Source: Amoebidium appalachense
Lineage: Eukaryota; Protista; Ichthyosporea
Reading direction: 5' to 3'
NCBI GenBank assembly: GCA_963693365.1
Contig: CAVNZM010000001.1
Span: 16,673,840 to 16,737,839 of the forward strand
Length of the DNA stretch: 64,000 nucleotides
Part shown: positions 62,579-64,000 of the stretch, piece by piece
How the letters are laid out: each line of letters begins with the position of its first letter
How positions within the stretch are numbered: position 1 is the first letter of the stretch
Made by a program: the position numbers and the translations under genes
The notes under the pieces: generated by a model
Database searches by the model: none
What the model saw: only the letters and a program-made list of their open reading frames with translations
What the model was told of the DNA's origin: nothing

Positions 62579-64000
62579 TTTAGGGCGAGAGAGAGAAAAC
62601 TAAATGATAGCACCTAGATCCGGGAATCAATGACACGGACTACACAGGAAATAAAAGCAGATCTTCTAAAACGCACGTGGGCACGTGTCCTTCGGAAAAG
62701 CCAAGTAGCCGACAGGTAGCAAAAGCGAAGCAGGGACGACAGTGGGGTGATGGGAGGCAGAGTATACAACACACCTCCATCCTCCTTTGCACGGGCAGAA
62801 CCACTAAATTTGCCCTCCATCTTAACAGTAGGACAAAAGGGGTGCGGACGTGGGTAGCGCCTGTGTGTGGTTGGTGTATGTGTCTGCTGGCTCGTCGTTG
62901 AAGACTTCAGATGAACGGTGTGGTGGTGTGTGTTGTGTGTGTGTGCGTGCGTTATGTGCCTGTGGGTGTGTGCGTGCGGGTGGAGGGGTGGGTGTATGTG
63001 TGACGCGGTGTTCACGTGCACATGTGCATGCGTGCGTGTGTGTGTGGGTGCGTGTGTGTGTGTGTGTGCTCTTTGGGTGCGGCGCGTGCGCCTTTCTAGC
63101 AAGAGGCAAAAAGACTCAGTGGGGGCAAAAAAAAAGCGGAATGGCGCGCACGTGATTTGAGCAAGGGTGGTGCTTTGTCGAAGCCCCCCAGAAATGCTGA
63201 TGTGAAACTTTACGTGAGTGGAAAAGCAGCCAATCCCCCAGGCCTGTATGAACTACCTACGCGTGATCTTTCTATTCAAGGAAGAGCACCGGTTCTGGCG
63301 CAGAACGCCTTTAAAAATAAACAAAAATTATCGGTTATCATTCTAGTGCCTGTTTACCAGTAGTGTCTGTTTTTGGACCAGTTGCCCCTGGCAGGCCAGG
63401 GCTTCCTATTGTAATTGTGGAGGCTGCGCATGTGCCATGGTTAAATGTTCATTGATCCATATAGATAAGTTCGACCAATTTATGAAAATTCAATTTACAG
63501 CCCCCCCCAAAGTTCAGGCTTTGGCAAGCCTTTGAGCCATGCCGATCGATATCACTTGCACATATCAGTTGTAGTAGATATTGAGCAGTTGTTTTCAGCC
63601 GGGAAAACTTAGTTCGAGTTGAGGCGAAAGCATACAAGTATGTACACTAATTTTTTTTTTGGACTTTTATCGTCACAAAGTTTGTTTCTTTGTCTTGAAA
63701 AGAAAGCCAGCTCAACAATGCAGTGAGCAGGACCACTCAATGATCCATCCAAAGTATGTACGTTCCTATTGGCTCGGAGTTTTCAAAAACACACCAACAG
63801 GGCCGTGACTTATATTTGTAACAGCTTTCCTATTGGAGCTTTATAGAATCATGAGACCAAGCCGACCCGAATCTCGGTTCGGGCAAAACCTTCGGACACG
63901 ATTCGTTTTACATTAGGTCTATCTTGCAGTTTGTATGCATATGTGTGCTGACTCGTTTTAGGCTATTTCTTTTACACACACTAGGTCTTATTTGACAGCA

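Noticed and set aside
62775-62820. Upstream coding exon MEGKFSGSARAKEDGG for hnRNP L
   Set aside because: Its phase-1 donor does not match the phase-0 acceptor at 62600; it may be UTR or need an unseen exon.

Overview
Eukaryotic genomic DNA saturated with (C)n/(G)n, (CA)n, (CT)n and (GCGT)n tracts; most ORFs in the supplied track are artefacts of these repeats. Manual splicing recovers six intron-containing host genes: a coiled-coil protein (13081-15120, +), a bZIP factor (22491-27923, -), a PH-domain protein (28758-37178, +), a Spg1/Tem1 GTPase (39045-43405, -), an SMPDL3-like phosphodiesterase (45880-49102, +) and an hnRNP L orthologue (51702-62578, -) with a U12-type AT-AC intron. Spg1 together with an animal-type hnRNP L suggests a unicellular holozoan such as an ichthyosporean (inference). 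Two mobile systems stand out. One is a 6.5-kb TIR element (3988-10454) with a perfect 9-bp target-site duplication, carrying a spliced OTU protease + CXC + Myb-like + Zn-ribbon gene. The other is a Penelope-like retroelement whose structured 3' end recurs at least six more times, always ending at a poly-C tract and always sense-oriented inside host introns. Host introns show a recurrent pattern of weak 5' splice sites followed by poly-C and 3' splice sites formed directly by (CA)n-CAG.
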